Of a DNA stretch of 64,000 nucleotides, positions 50,901-62,094 are shown piece after piece. The notes beneath the pieces are model-generated. The model did no database searches, was not told the origin of the DNA, and saw nothing but the letters and a program-made list of their open reading frames with translations. This DNA comes from Tubiluchus corallicola (taxonomy: Eukaryota; Animalia; Priapulida). A program made the translations under genes and the position numbers. Every line of letters begins with the position of its first letter. Within the stretch, counting starts at the first letter, position 1. The stretch is from contig JAQGDQ010000168.1 in assembly GCA_030141605.1 (NCBI GenBank), forward strand, positions 1 through 64,000. The letters run 5' to 3'.

Positions 50901-51328
50901 ACTTGCTCGGTGTTTCATCTTAGAGGATTAGCTTTGACAATGCGCCAGATTCCAATCACCGCCACAACCATCCACATTAAGTAGATCCTGGCTTTGAGTG
51001 TTGGATCTAAGTTTCAAGTATGCCAAACTATATTTAAAATATAACAGAAGAAATCATTGATTGTGCAGTCAATTATGATGTTATAAGTAGGTGGTAATAA
51101 AACGTGAAACACGAGAAGTTTGTAGCTGTTTGCTGTAATACACGGAAACCTCACATACAGTACAACTGCGTCCTTGTTTTCTTACAGACCCAGGAGAAGC
51201 GATACCAAGGAGACATGAACGGAGCCCAAAAAGCATCTGATAGGACTAAGATCTTAATCGTTGCAGCTGTTATTGCGGGTATTCTTGCCTGGATCATCAT
51301 CGTATTAAGTTCTATTTTTGGCCGGTAG
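41914..51328 (+). CDS. Dispanin / CD225 protein 2 with long Pro/Gln/Arg-rich N-terminus (PRRT-like architecture), 4 exons, ~485 aa
   Basis: Exons 41914-41920 (ATG TCA G|gtaggt), 47955-49129, 49661-49795 (PPAYQIPAILSCVCCPCWCLGAAAIWFSMK), 51188-51328 (GDMNGAQKASDRTKILIVAAVIAG); 1458 nt in frame. The 7-nt first exon is inferred from phase. Confidence 0.85.
44745..46595 (-). mobile_element. CR1-like LINE, 3' (RT) part with (AATAA)n tail
   Basis: YIDFKKAFDTVSH, SGVPQRSVLGPLLF, KLFADDVK, DLGV, IESVQRYFTRR, FCSNRVVPIWNSL; tail aataaaataaaataaaa at ~44738-44755. Confidence 0.88.
46600..47690 (+). mobile_element. Inverted 5' (APE endonuclease) part of the same LINE
   Basis: HDIFAMCETRL, FRKDR..GGGV, VFLGDFNLPD, TR..ILDLVL, TDH and the downstream linker read on the + strand. 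Confidence 0.8.
50705..50910 (+). mobile_element. 5S rRNA-derived (SINE3-like) fragment
   Basis: gaagttagtaacgtcgaacctagtcaggaaatggatgggtgactgcc resembles the 5S internal control region (gaagttaag..gttagtacttggatgggtgaccgcc). Confidence 0.55.
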
Positions 51329-52827
51329 ATGACATTTAATCGCAACTGTTAAAACTTGTTAGATAAATGGTCAAAATTATTTTATCTTTTTCTCAAGCAA
51401 AGTCTCTCAAGGGAAGTTCGAAACTCTCCTGCAAAGGGCGAACGAAACCGCAAATAAGTAAAAAAATGAAATGTAAAGTCACTGGTATTTCACGACTAAC
51501 TCAGATGCATTGCAGGCGCTGTGAGAGTTACCACAAAGTACCACGAACGGTAATGTGGGCTTATGAAAAATTGTGTATGTAAGAGTGCTCAGTAATTAAA
51601 TTTTAGCAGGCTAGACCAAAGTGAGGTGGACACCACGAGTCTTACTGGCATACATTACTGACATGGGGCAACAATATTTTTGAGAGCAAGGCTGTCCGTT
51701 ATGCAAACTGATACCCTTTAACTTCGAACATTGTTTGGCTGAAATTAATTACATTTGTATCGAAACTCCGATACATTTGCAGTTGTATCAAATAGTGCAA
51801 GGCCCAATGTCTAATATATAAAGGCTAAAATAGTACTATATTTGTACAAATTTTTGTTTTATAATGTACTGCATGGTATGAACTATATTAAATAGAGCTA
51901 CTTAGTACACTAGAATGGTGCTAGTGTGGTGCTACACATAATTATGCTGGTGTTAAATATCTTGTTGCTGTGCAAAGTCAATTTGGAACCTATATTATTG
52001 TTGTTTAGTATAATACGTTTAAACTCATGTATAAGAACGTTTATTATAAGGACGTCTTTATAGCAACACAGGAATGTTTAAAAATGCCTTGAAAATGCAA
52101 ATTTTGTTGTAATATTCATTTAGCCAGTGTAGCGTGTTCACATTGAGACAGATTCATCATTTGTATTCATTAAACTTTATTACTAAAGCATTCTATTTGA
52201 TGAATTTACTTAGCACAAGAGAGCTTTTGTTAAACTATCTGAGATCAAAACTGGCGTCTCTGTAAATTGCCAGGGTACAAGTGCGTATGCATTCAGTTTG
52301 TAAGTTACCTTTTGAATAAATGTTCACAAATAAATTTGGATGCTCTGTAATTTTGATGTACTAACAATTCAAACTGTGTTATACTTTAACGTAGCAAATG
52401 AAGGTGCACTAGTTTTTTCTTGTTTCAATGATAATTTAAGTGGAAGGCAATATTGCTGTTGATACTGGGGTACCATAAATTATGCAAAACAGGTGGTGTT
52501 ACATCTATTGGTAAGGAAGAAGAAGCATATTACATGAACTTACCCTATGAAACATATAGTAATAATAATGCACAAAGTGTGTCAAGTAAGCGTTTTGAGT
52601 TGTGTAACTTGTCTTCTAACAATAAGGAATGTCCATTTTATTACTAACTTGTTTTTGTGAATTGTGAAATTATCTAAAAGAAAAATAAATATTCTGTCAG
52701 ACAAATTGATTGCAAGTAAAAAGGATATTTGCCAAAACCTGAATTTGATAGAAGAATCACTGCAACATTATGTTGTTTAAAATTAGCATCGGCGATGATA
52801 GTGCGGGAAGCACTGTCAATCATTATT

Positions 52828-55800
52828 TTATGATTTTTCTTTTGTTTTCAACATTTTCAGATGATACTTCCGAGGTGGGCGTGGCCTAGTTTTTCGAATG
52901 TCAATCAGCAATGGCATAGATACCAAATATAAGTTGTCTAATTTCTCTGATTCAGCACTCGTTTCCCCAAGAGATTGTGTGTGACGCTTTGCACAATTGG
53001 AAGACATCCTGTGGACTTTGTCATCTTCATTTGCAACAAATTCTTTAGCAGTTGGTGATCCATGATTCTTTCTCTGATGAAGTACTTCTTCTAATTGACT
53101 TTTGAATTTGTCATCCTTTTTAAAAGTTTCGTTCGACGACATTTCAAACAAGTAGTCGCCTTGGAAGATATACTGTTTTTTTGAAGTTTTTATTATTTGG
53201 GTTTGTGTATCCATAGAGTCACCTACGTAACAACTCTGACACTGACAATAGTTTGATGCCTTAACAACCTTGTTGCCAGATTTACCAAAGCAGCTGGAGT
53301 CATCAATAGTGGCACATGGTTGTGGTTCGGATGTATTGTTTTGCAGATCATCTATATTATCAATTACACTGACATTGTTTTTGTACAAACTTTTAAATTC
53401 ACTCAAGGGAAGTTGCTCTGCAATCATACAAGTATTATACATTGGCAAAGAGTAATACACAGGAGAGTATACTAAATATTCTCGACATTGCATTGTTTGC
53501 ATATCAGAACTCTCTTCACTCGCTTCAGCTATGGTATCTGACGTCTCCATGCCACCATCACCAGCAAAGTTCTCAAATTTTTGTACTTGCTGAGAGACAA
53601 ATTTACCAGAAATGGCTTTTGATTTTGCTGGACACTGGCGTACTTTATACTTCTTTCTTTCTCTATGAGTAGGAGAAATGTATTTTAAGCCCCAGCTTAA
53701 ACTCTCTGTACTCGACTTTTTATGTCCGTATGTTAGGCCTTCACTCACATGCGGCACAGATTCACTAAAGTTAGTTGTATTTCCAGGAAGATTTTCTTGA
53801 ACTGGTTGGTCAGCATCTGACTTCCTCGTTTCTTTATAAAAGTTCTGATTCAACGCATAGCTCAATTTGCTTGTAGCCATCATTTTCTTTTCAGGAACAT
53901 ATTCTTTTCCTTTCTGATTGAGATAGTTGAATCTTTTATTTATGTTGTCGTGAATATTCTTATTGTTAATATAGTTACTCAAATTGCTGCCTCTTTTAAT
54001 TTTGTTTTTACTAGTATCACTTTTTTCTAGAACACTGTTTGCTTGTATATTTTGTAGATTTTCGTGCAGCATGGTCGGAAAATCAATATCGTCATCCCAG
54101 TAATCAGTATCATTATGCTTCCATTTCATTTTTCTCCTAAGTTTATGTTTCTTGTGATTACTGGAGTTTGATTTTGCATTTTGCCATGGGCCGGGCAGAG
54201 ACAGCAGTGGTTCGTATGATGGCATATTTCGGCTCACCCTATTCCTGTTGTACAAACCCAGTGGTTTTCCTTTTTGGCCACTGATTCTGCAATTAAACAC
54301 TGATAAATGAAATTAACTAACGTTAGTAGTTAATGAAAAATGTAGAAAGTATGTATAGGCATATTGCAGTAATTTTACTTTGCTAATTCCAAGTCTAAAC
54401 TGCAAAAATTGCCAAGCATATGCACATGGGAAGTATGTACATCCATTAAAAATTAGCCCAACAAGGAATCTTTCAGCCCTTTGTCACTCTGTCTCTCAGT
54501 CTTTCTTTCTCTTTCACCTCTTTTTCGCTTTCCCTTTCGCCTCTTCTTTTTCCCCTTTTCCTACACTTCCCCCTTCCTTTTCTTAGTAAAAGAAATTTTT
54601 GAGAAGTGTCTCAGAAAATTTACCCCGAGAATCTGAGACATTCTGCTGTCTACGCACGAAATTTTTTAAGTAAGGAGACTGCAAACGCAGCACGTACATT
54701 TAGTAGCACTGCAGTTAAGTTATACCACTATGTAAACTCGTTATAATTATAGAAATGTTATACATGCATATTGGTACATACTTAGCCGTTGTTACCTGTC
54801 GCTTGAACTGTCACTCAACCTCTGAACTTGATGATGTACCACATTAGTCCTGTCATAGCTGTTCATCTGTTTGTACATTGTAACTGTAACAAGAACAATA
54901 GAAAACTCTAGTACATTGGCTGTTACACAATGGGATAAATTTTGTCTTCAATTTTGCCAGCCGAATAAGTTAGAGGCTTCGCAAAACGGAGCTCCTTACG
55001 CAACACAGGGTCGTAATGTTCTTCAGATAATGGGTTCTGTGATCCTGACCTTTGACCATGGTCGACGTCTATACGTCAGAGCTTTGCATTAAACAGTTGA
55101 AAGTTGTCTACAAGACCAATACGGACGGACAGACGTAGGCATTTCTTACTATGTAATTATTTTTAGCTCTATGTGTCTACTATTGGAGGATGACAGGTAG
55201 TGATCTGTTTGAGGATTTAGTTCCTTGCTGTCATCCATGGCACACAGTGGTAGGCACAGCCTTCATATTGATTATGGCTATAAAATTTTACTGTTTACAT
55301 TTACTCATGTATTTATTTCTTGTGCCTAATAAATAATAAATAATAAATAAAATTGCTATACACTCTCTCGTCAGTCTCGTACAACTTTGATCGAGACGAA
55401 GGGATAATAATAGCGTTTCAGGGCAGAATAATTTCAGGCGCTCAAACTGTAAACATCAAATGATCTGCAAAATAAGCCACATCCTATGCAGATTAGTGCT
55501 TAACTTAATGTGTGCTGTGAAGTTAAGTAACATCAAAGTTTGTTTAGTAAGTAGATGGGCGACCTATGGATAACTGCATATGTCAGGTCTCATCTATCAC
55601 ACTTGTGCCAGATGTTTACTGAGGAGGAATGCCTGCTCACTGGAACGTAACTCGCCTGACAGTCCAATCTCTGGTTTCAGAGAATTATTTTTGTCAGTAT
55701 AATTCCAGGCCTGCCAAAACATATCAAATGAAAAGCCTCATAATAATCCGATTTATTTTGTTTCAACCAACCAAAACTTGTACCAGTTTCTAAGACTGCA

Positions 55801-58800
55801 TCGTCTGGAGTTTGTGCATTTCTAATATAGGTGTCAGCACCATTTAAATGGAAGTGCATAAAGTCAAAAGCTGAAAGCAGTAAAATGAGACGTTAACCAT
55901 ACGCATACGGAATACCAAACGGTGGCAAAATTAGATTTTCTACAATGTTAGGTCACAACCTAAAGTTGTATGTAAAATATTGCAGAACGGATTGCTTAAA
56001 AAATTTCTCCTCCAATAGAGTTGTTAAAGTGAGGAAACGAATTGCAACCCTCAATAGATCGATGTCTTTTAATACATGCACAAACAAGATTAGAATAAAA
56101 AATATCGATCTCAGTCAATAGGTAATTTTAAACAGACACGTTTAAGTAGGAAAATTTATTTGTGTTTTTAAACCATAACCTAATAAATAAATTTCATTTT
56201 TGCTAATACTCACAGTTTGTTTGATCTGTTTTACAATTCAGTCCTACGTTTGGGGCGATATGGCTTGGTGTTTTGGCGTTTTCTTTAAAGTAAATTCTTT
56301 GTGGTTTCTTTCCCAAGCAGCTGCGTATCCGGTCTCGGTAGTTTTTAGACATCTACAGAAATGTAAATAAAAAATAGGAATTTCCCTGTAAGCAAAGCAG
56401 ATGCAAAAAAAAATCGTCATTAAGGTGCAATAGTTTATTTACTTAGGTGTACTCAAGTACATAGATTTGACTTTTAATGCTGATCTCTGTTTCGCGTAAT
56501 CGCCTGCAATGCAGATACTGTCACACAATGTAGATAGTTGCGGCGGCACCGAATTCTTATCATTAGCAATAATGATATAAGATGAGACACTGGACCAATA
56601 GATGTGCTCAGTTAGATTGGTATATAAAGTTAAATTTAGCAGCACGGCAGAAAGAGCAAGTAAATAATCCAGCAGTCACTCATCTCGTTGACTAGCCTCG
56701 ATGTGACCAACATAGACAATAAGCACACTCGACTGTTTAATTTGCCCTATACACAATCTTCGAATTCAGTTTTTATTAATTTCTATTGTATAGTCAGCAA
56801 ATATATGAAAAGACCTTTATTATTTATAATTTAATACATTTTATCATAATTATCGTAATTATTTATCAATAATTACCAGTTTTATTAATGGGGGATTTTA
56901 ATATCGATATTAATGCAACAAATACTGCTCAGTGCAAAAAGTATAAAGAAGTCTTGGACCAATATAACACGCTAATACTAAACGCCAGTAATAAACCCAC
57001 AAGAATCACTAAAACATCATCTACTACCATAGACCACTTTATCTCAAACGCTAAAGACAATTTCCAAGTACAAGAAAACTTCTCGAGTGATCATTCTGAT
57101 CATGATTTTATAATAATAGTAGACAAAACAGAACCAACCAAAAACAATACAGGCACAGTCTGGAAAACAGTCAGAGATTATTCTACATATAATAAAGATA
57201 TATTTCAAGATACTTTAACCAAATTGGACTGGAGTAATATTTACACAATGACTGACATTGACATACAAATAAACACACTAATAAATAATATGAAATACTG
57301 CCTGGATATCTATGCACCGTATAAAAAATTAAAATACATCAGCAGCAATTTAATGCAAAATCTGCTTGCCCTTGGGCGGATACAGAACTCGCTAAACTAA
57401 GACACAATAAAAATGAATTATATAGAACATATTTACATTTAAAAGGTAAAAGCAATTACAATAATTACAAAAAGGCACGAAATAAATTTAATAGCTACAA
57501 CAGGCAACTCAAAAATAAATATTATATTAATAAATGCAATGATGCAACTACACCTAAGCAAAAATGGCGTTTAATTAATGACGTTCTTAACAGATACAGA
57601 AACGATCAATTACAAATAAATAGTTTACGAGAAAATGACAGTATAATATCTGATCCAGTTGACATTGCTAAAAAATTAAATTCCACATTTATCAATCTCG
57701 GAAAATTTGACAACTTGCCACACCAACATAATGCAAATATACACAATATATACAAAAACCAATCAGCAATACAATCCACTTTCTCATTTACTAGCGTCAC
57801 AGAATACGACATCTTTAGAATATTAAACAGTTTAAATATAAATAAAGAAAGTGGACCCTCAGACATGCCAATAAAAATCTTAAAAGACTGTGCCAGCATC
57901 ATTACTCCTCATCTAACATATATCACAAACCAAGTCTTAATGCGCTCAGAATTTCCAGCAGTGTGTAAACAAGCAAACATAACTCCAATACACAAGAAAG
58001 ATGCTAAAGATGACGCTAAAAACTACAGACCAATCTCAGTAGTGCACGTACTAGCCAAAGTATTTGAAAGAGTTATCTACAACCAAATAAATCATTACAT
58101 TGAAAATAATAAGTTACTGTCAAATCATCAATTCGGATTTAGAAAACTACAATAGACGCAATAATTGATGCCACTGAAAAGTGGCGTTACAACTTAAATA
58201 AAAATAAATATATAACAGCAGCATTTTTACATCTAAGTAAAGCTTTTGACAGCCTCGATCACAATTTACTACTAGACAACTTACGCCAACTAGGATTCAA
58301 TTATACTTCTCTCAAACTAATTAATAATTACCTACACAATAGAAAACAAAGAGTCAAACTGAACAAACACACTTTTTCAACATGGGACACACCACAGAGA
58401 GACATCCCACAAGGTACGATATTAGGTCCATTACTCTTTTGTTTATACGTTAATAAAATTCATTTAGTTTTACATAATTCAGACTTAACACAATATGCCG
58501 ATGATACAACACTCTATACAGCACACGCAGACTTTCTAACATCAAAAAATAATCTAGAAAAAGACATAACAAATATAAATGCAGCATTTAACTCTTTTGG
58601 TTTAAAAATGAATGATGATAAGACAGAATTTATGGTAATATCACCCAAATCCAATGACATTACTTCTAATGCAACACTAAAAGTAGGTGACTGTTCCATA
58701 GAACAAGCAAAAACTGTAAAACTTTTAGGCATTACTGTCGACAATAAACTCACTTGGGATGAACAGTTTCATCAAATGCACAACAAGATGGCATTAAGCA

Positions 58801-61800
58801 CGACATTCTTACGCCAAACCAGAGGCCATCTAACCAAGAAAACAAAAATTCTCATCTACAAAAGTCTAATATTACCACATTATCTATATGGTTGCACTAT
58901 ACTTCAAAACGTTAAATATGAAAACTTTAGAAAACTAAATACAATGCAAAACTACGCACTTAGATTAATTCATGGCTACTCTAACAAAACTGCTAAACAA
59001 CATGCTGCTTCCGCAACAAGCTTAAGAACGTCCACAAAAATACCAATATTAGAAGCCTATCGAGATTACAAAACACTGATATTTCTTTATAAATATATAA
59101 ATAAACTGAGCATTCCATTTATAAACAATCCCTTAGCATTTATTCCTGATACCACATTGAACACTAGAACATACAATTTAAAGCAAATTACAGCAAACAA
59201 TAAATTTGGAAATAACTCTATATCAAAACAGGCCATACATTTATGGAACTTACTACCCAGTGAAATAAAACAAATAGAATCTCTCCACCACTTTAAAAAG
59301 AAATTAAAAGAATATCAATATAACAGGTTTCAACTTCCACATTGTGCATCTGATACTAATTACACAGACCCCACTTTCATTTACCCCCGCCCCTGACTCC
59401 ATATAATGATTAAAAATGAAAAATTTAAAAAAAAAATTATGTGATGTAATACGTGTTATGTTAGTTTCGTGTTTCGTAATGTTAAATGTATAAATAGTGT
59501 ACACTATGTAATGTAAAATCTAATGTACTTTCGTATAATTGTTTGTAAAAATATTTTAATATGGTATTTGTAAATATGTTCATTTTATTGTATATAGTTT
59601 TGCACTTTAGTTTTTTTAGTATGCACTGGACGCATTTGTCTTGAACAGTGTGGTTATTTTAACATTACGCTGAGGCTAACTCAATTTTATTATAATGAGT
59701 GAACCGTTTTTACGACAAATAAAGAATTAATATATATATATATATATATAAATATTTTTTTACAATATTTATTATTTTACTATATACTATATTATAAAAA
59801 AGCTACAAAAGTTATAAATAATATGTTTTATAAACAATAAAGAGATTTTTATATATTTGCTTACTATACAATGATTTTATAACTTTATTGCACATTTTAG
59901 TTTAAAAAAGCAATTATTTATTATAATACATACTATGTTTTATAAATAACAATGTTATTTTCATTTAGTTGCTGATTATACAATGATTACATCAAGGAAT
60001 TGATTTTTGAGTATAATTCTGTTGATTTATTGATTCTCCTGTCAGAAACAGCTAAGCAACTTTACAATGTTAGGTTATCATAAGATTAATTTCAAATTAC
60101 ACTTACGGATTGCAAGTGTTTCTCCACCTGTTTGGAAGAAAATTCTTTCAGTAAATTTATTAGCGCGTCTTTGTCCTGCTTCAGTTCTTTCTGAAAAAAT
60201 CTTACAACTGACTATTGTTAAACAAAGCAAGCTTTCTTGTGAGGACAAATGTGATCATACACACATTTTTTTGCAATAATGAGAAATGCTAAGCGGGCTT
60301 TGCTGCTAATTAATTTTATTTAAACAGGCTTAATTACATTTCATCTTACCTTGTTAAAAACAAAATAAATAAATGAAAGAGTGAAATAATGAACAGCAAT
60401 GTACAAGCAAGCACTTAACCATCGAATGAATGAATGAATGAATGATCAAATGAGTGACCGACTGACTAGTTGACTGAATAAATGAATGATTGAATGAATG
60501 AACGAATGAATAAATGAACGAACGGGTGAAGACAAATAACAACGAGAGTGAACGAATATGTAAATTACCTTCGAAGGGACAATTAAAAAGGAAACAGAAT
60601 GAAGAAGCATGTGGCTGGCTACTACTAGCCTGCTCAGTCTAGTGAAGTAAGCAAAATTTTTGTAAATGAACGGACGAGTTAAATGGTGAGCGGATTATTC
60701 TGCGAGTGACTTCACAAAACGCTCAAAAAAGTGAAAGAGAGGAGATCTCAATTAAAATGTAGGGACTTGAGAAGAAAAAAACAAAAAGGAGTAAAAAGGA
60801 CAGAAACAAATAAAATAAATAAAGTCATAATGATTTACTCGGGCAAATTCGATACAGATAACTTCATTTTTTGCATCAACCACGAATGAACAAAAATGCA
60901 GAAAGAAGGAAAAGAAAAAACAGAGCACGAAAAGTGGCAAATTGAACAGAAAAAGGAAAAGTCAACGAAAAACAAAAAAGTAATAAGGATGACTTACTTG
61001 GGCGTGTTCCATGCAGATAACTTCATCTTTTGCATCAACTAATTTTTGTATCATTTGAATTAGGTCGTTTTCCAGATCTTCTTTTTCTTCATTAAACATT
61101 TCTGCCTGCACAAAAAGTGGTCAAACACAAAATTATTGGTTTGCAAATGATGCAAATCAGCGGTCGGACTGTGTTGTAAATTGTAAGTTACCCTTTGATG
61201 TTTAGTATATCAACTTATATCTAAGTCAACTCACTATTTTGATCAGCCTTTCTTCTAAAGTGCTGTTGACTTCTAATAGTCTTTGATGGTCAATGTGCAA
61301 CCTAGAATAGAAACTTTTTTACGATACTGAGCATATTGCACAGTAGATAACTATGGTTATATACACCTCCGTTCTTCTTATGCAACCCGTTGATATTTAA
61401 AAATTAGACACTATAAAATAGGTAAGCACATAAGTCTGAACCACCGTTCTTAAGAAACCAACTGATATTTGACATAACTGAAGCCGTATTTTTTGTACAA
61501 TAAAAGTGCTGGCGGCCGAGTGTTCATGTGAAGTTTACTTTTAGGTAGAAATTTTCTGACTCAAACAATACAACTGAGTCCGTAGTGTTAAAGGAAATCA
61601 AAACTCAGTTTTGCGCCAATAGCTGAAAAAGATCTGTGGTAAAGAATCCTGAAAAGAAAAATGCTGTCATTTCAGGAATTATTTCCGCCGAACCTTATTT
61701 TCGTTACTGGTGGTATAAACTCATGATAAAGTTTTGAAGCCAAACTTGGAAAACAGGAAATGTGAAAAAGTTGGAACCCAGCCTGGATTGGAATCAGGAC

Positions 61801-62094
61801 CTTAATGTGCATCTGCCAAGCACGAACCGTTCTGATATCTCACATTTTGCAAAGAGATAGATTTCGTTCTTTTAAGAATGTAAACCCACTGGGCTTTACC
61901 GATTCTCTATATGTTTATTACCTTTCATATTTTTCGCGTAGGAAACTTGTCTCAGCACGCAGTCGCTGGTTTTCAGCTGACTCGGTTAACCCTTTGTCAC
62001 TTACATAGACTTGCTTTGAACGATTGCGATTCATCATCAAGCCAAGTGTTGAATGCGACTGATTGTCAAATGGTAACAATTCACCTTCCTCCAT
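52828..62094 (-). CDS. TJAP1/BEGAIN-like coiled-coil protein with long divergent C-terminus, 8 exons, ~734 aa
   Basis: Exons 62094-61922, 61301-61235, 61105-60998, 60190-60107, 56352-56214, 55870-55784, 54883-54796, 54286-52828 (2205 nt, phases consistent). LREKYERLHIDHQRLLEVNSTLEERLIKI..EKEDLENDLIQMIQKLVDAK..KELKQDKDALINLLK resembles the TJAP1 coil (KFRRLQNSY..NQELEDKL..LTNKLLDAK..DCNLAVQLLK). Confidence 0.7.
55470..55680 (+). mobile_element. 5S rRNA-derived (SINE3-like) fragment
   Basis: gccacatc..gtgaagttaagtaacatcaaagtttgtttagtaagtagatgggcgacc..ggataac is a degenerate 5S head. Confidence 0.5.
56640..56720 (-). mobile_element. 5S-derived SINE-like fragment
   Basis: Minus strand catcgaggctagtcaacgagatgagtgactgctgg..tacttgctc resembles 50778-50908. 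Confidence 0.4.
56880..59750 (+). mobile_element. 5'-truncated CR1/L2-like LINE with (TA)n tail, antisense inside the TJAP1-like intron
   Basis: MGDFNID, PTRITKTSSTTIDH, SDHD, NYRPISVV, QFGFR, SKAFDSLDH, PQGTILGPLLF, YADD (58494-58505), WNLLP; few disruptions (~57350, ~58153); (TA)n at 59730-59750. Confidence 0.93.
60420..60560. repeat. Degenerate (GAAT)n tetranucleotide repeat
   Basis: gaatgaatgaatgaat..gaacgaatgaataaatgaacg. Confidence 0.85.

Noticed and set aside
61780-61835. tRNA-like B-box fragment on the minus strand (also a weak one near 8030-8100)
   Set aside because: Too degenerate to fold as tRNA or assign confidently as a SINE
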